Source of the DNA: an uncultured Candidatus Saccharibacteria bacterium
GTDB taxonomy: Bacteria; Patescibacteriota; UBA1384; XYA2-FULL-43-10; 1-14-0-10-43-13
Length of the DNA stretch: 61,563 nucleotides
Direction of reading: 5' to 3'
Assembly: GCA_964364265.1 (NCBI GenBank)
Contig: CAYILA010000006.1
Span: forward strand, 1 to 61,563
Positions 8,401 to 17,242 of the stretch are shown here, piece after piece (within the stretch, counting starts at the first letter, position 1; the number at the start of each line of letters is the position of its first letter). The position numbers and the translations under genes are program-made. The notes under the pieces are model-generated. The model was not told where the DNA came from, searched no databases, and worked only from the letters and a program-made list of their open reading frames with translations.

Positions 8401-8600
8401 CGGTAAGGGTGAAATCGTGTCCCGATGTTACAATCGGGATCCCAATATCGCAAGATCGTCGGGAAGGTAAGAGCTCACGCGTTCGTATGGCGACATACGT
8501 CTGTGGCAAGCCTCGTTTAGTGCAAGTGAAGTGGACTAGATATATCAACTTTTGCTCGAAGGGTATATTTGGTCTTCACGCGTAGATAGATTGTCATCGG

Positions 8601-8739
8601 CCGTGCACAGCACGGAAATCCAAAATCCTAATTTCTAAATCCGAAATAATATCAAAATTCAAATAATAAAATATTTGAAAAATAGAATTTGTTTAGGGTT
8701 TAGGATTTCGATATTAGAATTTCCGCGCTATGCGCGGCC
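8601..8739. repeat. family A palindromic element between the P2 3' strand and the P4 3' strand of RNase P RNA
   Basis: Same three-part architecture as 8264-8400 (ccgtgc-aca-gcacgg, long hairpin, ccgcgc-tat-gcgcgg). It sits right before CCTACAGAACTCGGC. Confidence 0.8.
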
Positions 8740-8840
8740 TACAGAACTCGGCTTATTGATTACTTTGAAGCTGTTTGACCAAATAAATATTTTGTGTTAG
8801 ATTGAGAGCAATCTTTCATAAATTGCAAGAAGGAGTATCG

Positions 8841-9404
8841 ATAGCAAATAATAAGTTTTATCGGGTTAATGAGCGAATTCGATTTTCGCCCATTGTTGTT
8901 ATTGACGAAGAAGGTGAAAATTTAGGCGAAATGTCGACTTTTGAGGCTAGAAAATTGGCCGAGAATGCCGGTCTTGACCTTGTCGAGATTAATCCGACCA
9001 ACCGTCCGCCGATTTGCAAGATCATGGATTACGGAAAATTCAAATACGACCAGGCCAAGAAAGATAAAGAATCCCGTTCCAAACAGAAGGAAACGGAGTT
9101 GAAGGAAATCCGATTGACTCACAAGATTTCCGACCACGACATTGACTACAAGGCGAAACAGGCCAGAGAATTCTTTAACCACGGCAACAAGGTTAAGGTC
9201 TCGATGCGGCTTCGAGGACGGGAAAACGCCTTCGTCAACCAAGCATTCGCCGTTTTTGAAAAATTTGCCGAGAAGTCGGGTATCTATTATGAAAGTCGGC
9301 CGGTCAAAAGCGGAAATTCAATAATTGGAAATTTCGGGAAGTTAAGAGAGAAAGAAAAATCAGATGAAGTTAAAATCCCACAAAGCGACAGTCAAGAGAA
9401 TTAA
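8841..9404 (+). CDS. infC: translation initiation factor IF-3 (probable non-AUG ATA start)
   Basis: ORF track 8802..9404 (TTG). GAAGGAG (8829-8835) lies 5 nt before the in-frame ATA 8841. Typical IF-3 sequence (INERIR-like RVNERIRFSPIVVIDEEGENLG, MDYGKFKY). Confidence 0.85.
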   Translation: MANNKFYRVNERIRFSPIVVIDEEGENLGEMSTFEARKLAENAGLDLVEINPTNRPPICKIMDYGKFKYDQAKKDKESRSKQKETELKEIRLTHKISDHDIDYKAKQAREFFNHGNKVKVSMRLRGRENAFVNQAFAVFEKFAEKSGIYYESRPVKSGNSIIGNFGKLREKEKSDEVKIPQSDSQEN

Positions 9405-9546
9405 AAGAACCGGTTCGGGAAAGTTGGTTCACGTTAAAGCGGCCAAAAGCCATCTTTTGACACACAAAAGCGATCCGACCAAAGTTTTGATTGAGGTCAA
9501 GAAACCTGACAGAGCGGGTGTTAAAAGAATGGCACCATACCTATAA
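9364..9546 (+). CDS. rpmI: 50S ribosomal protein L35
   Basis: ORF track: MKLKSHKATVKRIKRTGSGKL. Overlaps the infC 3' end by 41 nt. Confidence 0.85.
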   Translation: MKLKSHKATVKRIKRTGSGKLVHVKAAKSHLLTHKSDPTKVLIEVKKPDRAGVKRMAPYL

Positions 9547-9556
9547 ATAACCAAAT

Positions 9557-9649
9557 CCTTACGAAACTACGGATTGATCGAAAATACGAAACTACTAATC
9601 AATAAATATTCGTACTCTAGTAATTTCGTTCGATTCGTAATTTAGTAGG
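9557..9649. repeat. family B palindromic element (rpmI-rplT spacer)
   Basis: Runs ccttacgaaactacgg...cgaaaatacgaaactac...gtaatttcgtt...taatttagtagg. Same TACGAAA/TTTCGTA word hairpin as 8015-8152 and 57013-57149. Confidence 0.7.
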
Positions 9650-9664
9650 AAGTTAGGATATTCA

Positions 9665-10006
9665 ATGAGAGTAAAGCGCGGAACGGTCAGACATGCCAAG
9701 CACAAGAAAATCATCAAATTAGCCAAGGGCTATGTCGGACGCAAAAAATCGGTATTCAAATTAGCCAAGCAGGCGGTCTATAAAGCCGGACAGCACGCTT
9801 TTCGCGACCGACGCAATAAAAAGCGAACCTTCCGGGCACTCTGGATTATCAAGATTAATGCCGGTGTCAGACAATTCGGCATGAGCTACTCGACATTTAT
9901 GAAGAAATTGACTGATGCCAAAATTGAATTGGATCGAAAGATGCTTTCAGACCTGGCCGAAAATGAGCCGAAGGCCTTTGAAGCAGTCGTCGACAGGGTC
10001 AAGTAA
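9665..10006 (+). CDS. rplT: 50S ribosomal protein L20
   Basis: ORF track: [23 protein letters not shown]. Confidence 0.95.
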   Translation: MRVKRGTVRHAKHKKIIKLAKGYVGRKKSVFKLAKQAVYKAGQHAFRDRRNKKRTFRALWIIKINAGVRQFGMSYSTFMKKLTDAKIELDRKMLSDLAENEPKAFEAVVDRVK

Positions 10007-10026
10007 TTATATTAACAGATCTAAAA

Positions 10027-10365
10027 ATGTTACACACAATGAATATTGGTTCTGTTCCGTTTGATAAAATTATTGACGGTAGCAAAACAATTGAAAGCCG
10101 ACTTTATGATGAAAAGAGACAAAAGATAGAGATTGGTGACGAAATTGAATTTCATGAGAATGGGTTGAAGCGCCGTACTGTCCGAACCAAAGTTATATCA
10201 TTACATAATTTTGACACTTTTGCCGATATGGTTAATGAAATGGGTTCATCTAAATTTGGTTGGATTGATGAAATTCAAATGCTCAACGAAATCTACAAAT
10301 ATTATACCAAAGATGATGAGAAAAAGTACTCCGTTTTGGGAATCGAAATAAAAAAAATAAGTTAG
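10027..10365 (+). CDS. ASCH domain protein (PUA-like fold)
   Basis: ORF track. F..I..G.KTIE.R......I..GD.I.F pattern (FDKIIDGSKTIESRLYDEKRQKIEIGDEIEF). AT-rich like the backbone. Confidence 0.65.
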   Translation: MLHTMNIGSVPFDKIIDGSKTIESRLYDEKRQKIEIGDEIEFHENGLKRRTVRTKVISLHNFDTFADMVNEMGSSKFGWIDEIQMLNEIYKYYTKDDEKKYSVLGIEIKKIS

Positions 10366-10489
10366 AAATTCTCAAAGAAAACACTATACAAAATAAGTAT
10401 ATTGTGTTATAAATATTATGACTGGACTCAGCTGCTTAGGACTGCAAGCATAGGGTTTGTTTTTCAGCAGCGATTAAGGAGGTAATCCA

Positions 10490-11821
10490 GTGGAAGACCT
10501 GTCGATCAGAGAGGCTCTAGAGAGAGACCGTAATTTTGTGGTTTGGTGCATGAAGGAAGCGTTATCTCCCTACTACGGTGGGGATCATGGCGCTCACGCT
10601 GAGAGAATATTCTCGACGCACATTTCTGGTGGTGTGGACCAAATCGGACATTTTTCATTCGAACAGAAGATGTTCATCGGAGAGATAAACGAAACACCGG
10701 TGGGGATGATTCATGTAGTAGGGAAGCGTCAAGGGACATATAAAATCAGTCCCCTGATAGTCTCACCTGAATACAGGAATCGTGGAGGTATAGGTAGTCG
10801 ACTACTAAAGTCGGCGGAAGAGTATGCACAGCAACGGGGGGCGCGACAGATGTACTGCACCGTGGCTTTGTCGAATGAACAAGCACTTGGTTTTTTTATC
10901 CGGAAAGGATATGTCAGAGCCGGGAGCTCAGATAGTCACTATAAAGCCGGAGTTCGAGAGGTCATGCTCTACAAACTGTTCGTGGATCCTTCTCAAGAGG
11001 AACGCTTGGATGCACCGAACATCTCAGTTGTTCCGATGTCTGAACGACACGAATCGCAGGCCAGGGAGCTCATTCTATCTACTTTACCCGATGTCTTTCG
11101 GGGGGTGGACGACGTATGGGTAACCGCTTTGTTCGAGGGGTACAAACGGAGCAGTTGTCGAGACATCAACACCAAATACAAGCTGGTATGGGTTGCTGTT
11201 GATAGAAATGACAATGTTTTGGGTGTAACGGGTGCAACGCCGAAAAAGGGCGAACCGATAAAGGTGATGCCCCTGGTGGCGTCTTCGCAGAACGCCTTCA
11301 TCGCGCTTCTACGAGACATACCTCATACGCTTGCACAGTTTGGCCACAAGCTCTATGTCCATATTGTTCCGACGGTCGAGGAGACAATTGTTCTCCAAAG
11401 GCTAGGTTGGGATTTGGATGCAGCAATGCCGGCCGCGTATCACCCAAAGGCTGTCACTCAGCAGTGGAGCTTTAGTACCGGAGGAAATCTGATGAGAAAC
11501 TTGAGAGTGAAGCAACACTTTCTCGCCGAAATAGCTGAAGGAAAAAAAACGCTTGAAGTTCGAGTTGGTTACGATAATATCAAAACCATCCGAACGGGCG
11601 AACGGGTTCTCTTGGCTTCTAATTCTAGCCAGCTTGTCGTACGGATCAGGGGCGTGCGGCAGTACCCGACATTTGATGCAATGTTGAATGTCGAGGAAGC
11701 TGCCAAAATCGTACCCGGCAAGAACGACCTCCAGGTTCTTTGGCTTCTTCGAGAGATCTACGGCGAGGACCGAGAGAGACTTGGTGTGTATGTTCTGGAC
11801 ATTGAGGTTGAACAAAGATAA
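10490..11821 (+). CDS. GNAT acetyltransferase - second GNAT-like domain - ASCH domain fusion protein
   Basis: GTG start with AAGGAGG 7 nt upstream. Acetyl-CoA motif IVSPEYRNRGGIGSRLL. The C-terminal ~105 aa (FLAEIAEGKKTLEVRVGYDNIKTIRTGERVLL...) parallel the upstream ASCH protein. GC-rich. Confidence 0.7.
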   Translation: MEDLSIREALERDRNFVVWCMKEALSPYYGGDHGAHAERIFSTHISGGVDQIGHFSFEQKMFIGEINETPVGMIHVVGKRQGTYKISPLIVSPEYRNRGGIGSRLLKSAEEYAQQRGARQMYCTVALSNEQALGFFIRKGYVRAGSSDSHYKAGVREVMLYKLFVDPSQEERLDAPNISVVPMSERHESQARELILSTLPDVFRGVDDVWVTALFEGYKRSSCRDINTKYKLVWVAVDRNDNVLGVTGATPKKGEPIKVMPLVASSQNAFIALLRDIPHTLAQFGHKLYVHIVPTVEETIVLQRLGWDLDAAMPAAYHPKAVTQQWSFSTGGNLMRNLRVKQHFLAEIAEGKKTLEVRVGYDNIKTIRTGERVLLASNSSQLVVRIRGVRQYPTFDAMLNVEEAAKIVPGKNDLQVLWLLREIYGEDRERLGVYVLDIEVEQR

Positions 11822-11905
11822 ACCTCGTGTCATTTCAGAAATAGGAGGGTGTTCACCTGTGGAGAGCCCAAAGGGCTCTACACAGTAATTAACATAATAA
11901 ATCGG

Positions 11906-11925
11906 TCACCTGACAGGTGATTTTT
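11906..11925 (+). terminator. Rho-independent terminator after the GNAT-ASCH cassette
   Basis: tcacct-gac-aggtga followed by ttttt. A second 12-bp hairpin lies at 11858-11884. Confidence 0.5.
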
Positions 11926-11996
11926 GTTTATCAACAGTCTTTACTAAAAATAATTTACTGTTAAGATGGTTATACCGAAGAAAGAAAAGGAGAGGT

Positions 11997-12245
11997 ATGG
12001 CTTTAAATCAAAAAGATCTTACAGATATCAAAGACATCGTTGAGTTTGTTATTGAAAAATCAGAGTTGCGTATGGAAAAAATGATGGACGAGAAACTCAC
12101 GAAAGTTGCAGATCGGCTGGAGAAGAAAATAGATCGGGAAATTGGAGATATCGCTGAGACCAACCGAGCATTTTTGGATAAGCTTGATAATCATGAAACC
12201 AGAATCGGAAAATTAGAAGAAAACAACAAACTAAAACTTGCCTAA
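11997..12245 (+). CDS. small coiled-coil protein, function unknown
   Basis: ORF track. AAGGAGAGG just upstream of the ATG. Charged heptad-like sequence. Confidence 0.55.
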   Translation: MALNQKDLTDIKDIVEFVIEKSELRMEKMMDEKLTKVADRLEKKIDREIGDIAETNRAFLDKLDNHETRIGKLEENNKLKLA

Positions 12246-12359
12246 TATGATTTTAACTAAAAAACTCTCAACCTGGTCAAGTTTCATTAAATAGTTCTCC
12301 ACTAGTTATTTTGCGATTTCTATAAATCGCTTTTTTGTTATTTAAAAAAAGGAGAATAA

Positions 12360-13025
12360 ATGTTCAAGATCAAAAAGCTGGATTTATTGGTATCGATGTA
12401 TACATTTTGCATTGTCGCTTCAGAGTTGATGGGTGGAAAAACCTTTTATCTATTTAATATTGGCAGTTTTAAACTGAATGCAAGCGTGGCGATATTCTTA
12501 TTGCCAATAATCTTTACCATTAACGATATAATCGTGGAAGTCTATGGCAGGGAGCGGGCAAAAAGCTTGATTAGATCCAGCTTGATAGTTATCGTGATGA
12601 TCATTATATTTGCGTTGGTAGCTACAACTTTGCCGGCGTCAACGAGATTTTCCGGTACGGAGAAGGCATATGATACGATTTTTAATATTTCGATAAGGTT
12701 TTCACTCGCCAGTTTAACCGCATTCTCACTGGCGGAGTTCTTGGATGTCTTGGTTTTCCATCGATTGCGGGAAAAATTCGGGAAGAAGCGTCTATGGTTC
12801 CGAAATAATCTTTCCAATTTCATTGCTCAATTCGTCGACACCTCGACTTTCATGATCCTGGCTTTCTATGTCTTCGATAGATCGGTGACCGAAAACCTCA
12901 TATTCATTTTCGGGTTAATATTGCCATACTGGTTATTAAAATGCAGTATGTCGATACTTGAAACACCCTTTGCCTACTTAGGAGTTAGTTGGTTGGGCAG
13001 AGAAAGGAGATCGATTGAGAATTAA
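12360..13025 (+). CDS. queuosine-precursor transporter family membrane protein (YhhQ/VUT, DUF165)
   Basis: ORF track. Multi-pass membrane protein with IIFTINDIIVEVYG, a motif characteristic of this family (recall). Confidence 0.65.
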   Translation: MFKIKKLDLLVSMYTFCIVASELMGGKTFYLFNIGSFKLNASVAIFLLPIIFTINDIIVEVYGRERAKSLIRSSLIVIVMIIIFALVATTLPASTRFSGTEKAYDTIFNISIRFSLASLTAFSLAEFLDVLVFHRLREKFGKKRLWFRNNLSNFIAQFVDTSTFMILAFYVFDRSVTENLIFIFGLILPYWLLKCSMSILETPFAYLGVSWLGRERRSIEN

Positions 13026-13752
13026 AAGTATCCGAACCAAGAAAATACAACCGAATGAGAAAATTACAGAAGTCCTCGACGAATACCTAAAAAAATTCGC
13101 CGATAGCTCGATACTGGCGATTACTTCCAAACTGGTTTCTACTTGCGAAAATAATATTATTCCGAAGAAAGATGTTGAAAAGGAGGAGTTGATTTACCGT
13201 GAGGCCGATTATTATCTGCCGATAAAAAATGATTACGGCATGACATTGACGGTGAAGAATAATATTTTAATCCCGACTGCAGGAATTGATGAATCGAATG
13301 TCTCGGGGGGATATATTCTTTGGCCGGAGAATCCGCAAAAAAGCGCGAATGAAATACGAAAGTATCTAATTAAGCGCTTTGGTGTCGGGCGGGTAGGGGT
13401 AATCATCACGGACAGCCGGACATCACCGATGCGTACCGGTGTGACCGGGGTGGCAATCGCGCACAGCGGTTTCAAGGCATTGAAAGATTACATCGGCAAG
13501 CCTGATATGTATGGGGTGAAACTCGGGTTTACAAAATCAAATATCATCGATGGACTGGCTGGTGTCTCTGTCCTTGTAATGGGCGAGGGAAACGAACAAA
13601 CTCCATTGGTGGTCATTGATGAGATAGACTGTGTTCAGTTTACGAAAGGAAATCCATCAAAAAAAGAACTGGAAGAGCTGAAGATCGACATAAAAAACGA
13701 CATCTACGGAGAACTATTGCAAAATGATAAATGGTGCAAAGGCGGCTGCTAA
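13015..13752 (+). CDS. F420-0:gamma-glutamyl ligase (CofE)-like protein
   Basis: ORF track: ITSKLVS..E, GIDESN, VGVIITDSRTSPMRTGVTGVAIAHSG. Recall-based family call. Confidence 0.6.
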   Translation: MRIKSIRTKKIQPNEKITEVLDEYLKKFADSSILAITSKLVSTCENNIIPKKDVEKEELIYREADYYLPIKNDYGMTLTVKNNILIPTAGIDESNVSGGYILWPENPQKSANEIRKYLIKRFGVGRVGVIITDSRTSPMRTGVTGVAIAHSGFKALKDYIGKPDMYGVKLGFTKSNIIDGLAGVSVLVMGEGNEQTPLVVIDEIDCVQFTKGNPSKKELEELKIDIKNDIYGELLQNDKWCKGGC

Positions 13753-14160
13753 CTACCTCTTGGCAATTTTTAGACTGGTCCAAACGATACACAGTAGTCC
13801 GATTGTGATAAAAACATCGGCTAGATTGAAAATTGGAAAACTAAGAATTTTAATATAGTCGACGACTCCACCATAAACGAGACGATCGAGAACATTAGAA
13901 GCGGTTCCGGCGAATACCAAGCTAAAAATAATGCGAGTTTTTTTGTCCTTGAAAAAAAGATAATAGAGAATTATTAGAAACAATAAAGACAATAAACCGG
14001 ATAAAAAATTATTACCGTAAAGTCCAAAGATCATATGGTCGTTGATGGTGGCGAAACCGTTATTGGTTATCCAAAAACTCGTAAGTTGCAGAAAGGAAAG
14101 ACCGAGACAAAAATAGGCAAAGAAACACACAAATTCTTTTGATGTAAAATACTTTTTCAT
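13753..14160 (-). CDS. lspA: lipoprotein signal peptidase (signal peptidase II)
   Basis: ORF track: SNVLDRLVYGGVVDY...FNLADVFI. Confidence 0.85.
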   Translation of the reverse strand: MKKYFTSKEFVCFFAYFCLGLSFLQLTSFWITNNGFATINDHMIFGLYGNNFLSGLLSLLFLIILYYLFFKDKKTRIIFSLVFAGTASNVLDRLVYGGVVDYIKILSFPIFNLADVFITIGLLCIVWTSLKIAKR

Positions 14161-14162
14161 AT

Positions 14163-14912
14163 TTATAGAACTTCTCTTCTTTTCGGGCGATACTGACTGA
14201 ATAAAGTTACTAAAGCTATAACAAAAAGTAATAAACTGACGACTTGACCCAGAGAAAGAATCGAAAGTAAGTCTTTCTCAACGCGCCAGAAATCAATGAC
14301 AAAACGTCCGGCGGAATAAAAAAGAACCGATAAAGCAAAAATAAATCCCGGTTTAATCCGATTTTTCAGCTTCGTATAAATTATAAAAAGAATAATACTG
14401 ATCGCAAGGCATAAAAAAGCTTCATAGAGATTAATCGGTACCTGTTTATTAACCGCGCCTAAAACGGTGGTTCCGACGCCGAAGTTTTCGCCGGAAACAT
14501 ATTCGCCAAGCCGGCCCATAAAAAGTCCGAGGGGAAACGATATACCCAAGAGATCAAACCAATTTAGTATGTTTTGACCTTGTTTTTTCAAGAGAAGCAA
14601 AAAAGCGATTCCGCCGAAAACAAACCCGCCGTAAGAAACCAATCCTCCCTCCCAAAAGTAGAATATATGGACGAAGCTTGGGAGTTGATTGTAATAGAGA
14701 ATTGAAAAGGTCAATCTGGCCCCGATAATACCGGCCAATACGGAGTAGATGACATTGTCAAAAACATATGAACTGTCCAGATTTCGGCTCTGGGCCAGGA
14801 AATAGAGCAGTACGGCCGATAAAATTATTCCAATGACGGCAAAAACACCATGGGTATAAAAACTCAAAGACCCGATCGTAAACAAAATCGTATGCATATA
14901 TTCTCCCTTCAA
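14163..14912 (-). CDS. lgt: prolipoprotein diacylglyceryl transferase
   Basis: ORF track: GARL, GGLVSYGGF, GRLGEYVSGENFG, LYEA, GRFVIDFWR. The start may be MHTILF at 14897. Confidence 0.85.
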   Translation of the reverse strand: MKGEYMHTILFTIGSLSFYTHGVFAVIGIILSAVLLYFLAQSRNLDSSYVFDNVIYSVLAGIIGARLTFSILYYNQLPSFVHIFYFWEGGLVSYGGFVFGGIAFLLLLKKQGQNILNWFDLLGISFPLGLFMGRLGEYVSGENFGVGTTVLGAVNKQVPINLYEAFLCLAISIILFIIYTKLKNRIKPGFIFALSVLFYSAGRFVIDFWRVEKDLLSILSLGQVVSLLLFVIALVTLFSQYRPKRREVL

Positions 14913-14981
14913 TCGTATTATCCATTTGTTTGACTGTTGTTGTCAATAATTGATAAAATTATTCCAATAGTTTAAACTGAA

Positions 14982-15665
14982 ATGGTAATGGACGAATATA
15001 AAGAAGAGAATAGCAACGCTGAAGACCTAAATCGGATGGAGGCGACAGCCAACCCAGCTAGTGATTTTTTGTACTTTCTTTTTGATCTTTTAAAAACCGG
15101 TTTGATAGTTTTTCTTTTGGCTTTGTCGTTGCGATATTTTGCGATTCAGCCCTTTATTGTCGACGGCGAATCGATGATGCCAAGTTTTGTTAACAATGAA
15201 TACCTTCTGGCTGAAAAGGTTAATTATCTGATCAAAGAGCCCAAAAGAGGCGACGCGGTCGTTTTCCGATATCCCGGCAATCCGAACATTAACTACATAA
15301 AAAGAATAATCGGCTTGCCCGGAGAGACGATAAAAATTTCCAAGAATCAAGTCACGGTTGTGAATAATCAACATCCGGACGGTGTTGTCTTGCAGGAGGT
15401 TTATCTTTCCCCCAACACGAAAACTTATGTCAATGAAAGTGATGAGTTCAAGAAGGAAGTCGGAGACGGCGAGTACTTTGTGATGGGGGATAACCGCCAG
15501 CATTCCTCTGATTCGAGAGAGTGGGGGGTCTTGCCCCGTAAAAATATAATAGGTAGAGCTTGGCTGACGATTCTGCCGGTTGACCGATTTCAATTGCAAA
15601 GAAGGCTAAATTATTCTCAATTTGGTTTTATTCAACTTTTGCCGAAAATACTGGCTGGAAATTAG
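14982..15665 (+). CDS. lepB: signal peptidase I
   Basis: ORF track: GESMMPSF, RGDAVVFRYP, IKRIIGLPGE, GDNRQHSSDSREWG. Confidence 0.9.
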   Translation: MVMDEYKEENSNAEDLNRMEATANPASDFLYFLFDLLKTGLIVFLLALSLRYFAIQPFIVDGESMMPSFVNNEYLLAEKVNYLIKEPKRGDAVVFRYPGNPNINYIKRIIGLPGETIKISKNQVTVVNNQHPDGVVLQEVYLSPNTKTYVNESDEFKKEVGDGEYFVMGDNRQHSSDSREWGVLPRKNIIGRAWLTILPVDRFQLQRRLNYSQFGFIQLLPKILAGN

Positions 15666-16966
15666 ATCTTTTTTTGATCGATAAAGAACGGTACTCCCGA
15701 TAAGGGATACGCATCCCTTATTTTATTTTCCAACGATCTGATCTGGGAGAGATGAGGCGGTTTCTTGCCCTGGAATAATAGTTCGAAGACGATCGGTTTG
15801 GATCTCTTTTGCTTTAATTTAATAATATCTTTCAGCTGCGAATTGGTATTTTTAGCATCTTCCAATATCAGATCGAGATCTTTTTGGTCAATCTCGTAAT
15901 GCAGATTTTCATTTACTTTGATGATCTGGTTTAGGAGGGGGGTAATATTTGTTTTTTCGGAGGCCGAGATAAAGACGACCGGAAGCCAGGGGGCGAAATT
16001 GAGGCGAACCGAGAGGTTGGAGAGCATTTTGGCGATGTTTTCCTCCGGATTTTGCCATTTATCGATTTTGTTAATGACCAAGATAACGCCTTTGCCCGAT
16101 TCCTTGGTCTCGCCGATTAAATGGGTATCGGAGGCGACAAAACCCTCGCTCCCATCGGATAGAACCAAAACGATATTAGATTCGTGAAAAGCCCGCCAGG
16201 AACGCAGAACCGAGAAACTCTCGATGGTGTCTTTTTTGATTTTTCCCGGGCGCCGAATGCCGGCGGTATCGATAATTCTAATCGTTTTGCCTTTGTGATT
16301 AAAAAGAAAATCGCCAGCATCTCTGGTTGTGCCCGGTTCGGCGGAAACAATTGCGCGTTTTTGGCCGACGATAGTGTTTAGAAGTGTTGATTTACCGACA
16401 TTGGGCCGGCCCAGAATCGCCAAATTGATATCGAAGTTTGGGTTCGAAGATTTCTTTGATTTGCCCAATAATTTTGCAATTCGCTCCAAAAGGGCGCCGG
16501 AATTTTTACCGGAAATCGATGAGACGGTGATTATTTCAAAATTTCCCAATCGTACAAACTCTTTGATATCTTTTTCCCGTTCTAAATTATCGACTTTATT
16601 GACGATCATCAAAACCGGAGTTTTGGAGTTTCGAAGAGATCGAGCAATATTCTTATCTTCCTGATTGTCTTTTTCCTGCCAGTCAACCACAAAAAGAATC
16701 AGATTGGCTTCCTCTTTGGCGGTCTCAATTCCGGCCTGCATCTCTTTATTTAACGGAGTTTTTGATTTTGATTCGATTCCGGCCATATCGATCAGCGAAA
16801 AAGAGATGCCGCCAAAAGAGATGTCGGCGTAAAGGCGGTCTCTGGTGGTGCCGGCGGTGGGAGTTTCAATAGCGATCCGTTTGCCGACTAATCTATTGAA
16901 TAGAGTTGATTTGCCGACATTCGGCCGGCCGATAATAGCGACCGTTTTAAACAAGGGATTGCTCAT
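15662..16966 (-). CDS. der: ribosome-associated GTPase Der/EngA
   Basis: ORF track. Two tandem GTPase domains (GRPNVGKSTLFN, GRPNVGKSTLLN; DTAG twice; NKVD/NKID) plus a C-terminal KH-like region. Confidence 0.9.
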   Translation of the reverse strand: MSNPLFKTVAIIGRPNVGKSTLFNRLVGKRIAIETPTAGTTRDRLYADISFGGISFSLIDMAGIESKSKTPLNKEMQAGIETAKEEANLILFVVDWQEKDNQEDKNIARSLRNSKTPVLMIVNKVDNLEREKDIKEFVRLGNFEIITVSSISGKNSGALLERIAKLLGKSKKSSNPNFDINLAILGRPNVGKSTLLNTIVGQKRAIVSAEPGTTRDAGDFLFNHKGKTIRIIDTAGIRRPGKIKKDTIESFSVLRSWRAFHESNIVLVLSDGSEGFVASDTHLIGETKESGKGVILVINKIDKWQNPEENIAKMLSNLSVRLNFAPWLPVVFISASEKTNITPLLNQIIKVNENLHYEIDQKDLDLILEDAKNTNSQLKDIIKLKQKRSKPIVFELLFQGKKPPHLSQIRSLENKIRDAYPLSGVPFFIDQKKI

Positions 16967-16988
16967 ATATATGTTTATTAAAAAATTA

Positions 16989-17060
16989 GCCCCACGCCGC
17001 GGGCTTTGTTGCGAATAATTATATAATAAAGTATGGCAACATTGGCTGGCGGCGTGGGGC
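16989..17060. other. long GC-clamped hairpin immediately upstream of der
   Basis: gccccacgccgc (16989-17000) pairs perfectly with gcggcgtggggc (17049-17060). An inner tgttgc/gcaaca stem encloses an AT-rich loop. Confidence 0.6.
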
Positions 17061-17242
17061 GGGCAGGAGATCGCCTAGTGTGCGCTAACGAAAGGCGTAC
17101 TCCGATTAAAAATGATTATATCATAGAAAAAGGGATTGTCAATAAATTTTTATGCAAAATATCGGAACAGCGTCATTGTTTTTTCGGGTGTGAATAAATC
17201 AAGCAATAAATCACCTTGTGAACTTGTGAATAATAAAGTTTA

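Larger units (their letters stand above)
7969..8773 (+). ncRNA. rnpB: RNase P RNA, bacterial type A core with three large insertions (805 nt)
   Basis: P1: cagcttcaaagtaatc (7969-7984) pairs perfectly with gattactttgaagctg (8758-8773). Conserved GAGGAAAGTCCGAGC (8172-8186), GCAACAGAAAATAAACCGCC, GGTAAGGGTGAAA and ACAGAACTCGGCTTAT (8741-8756) occur in the canonical order. Confidence 0.9.
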
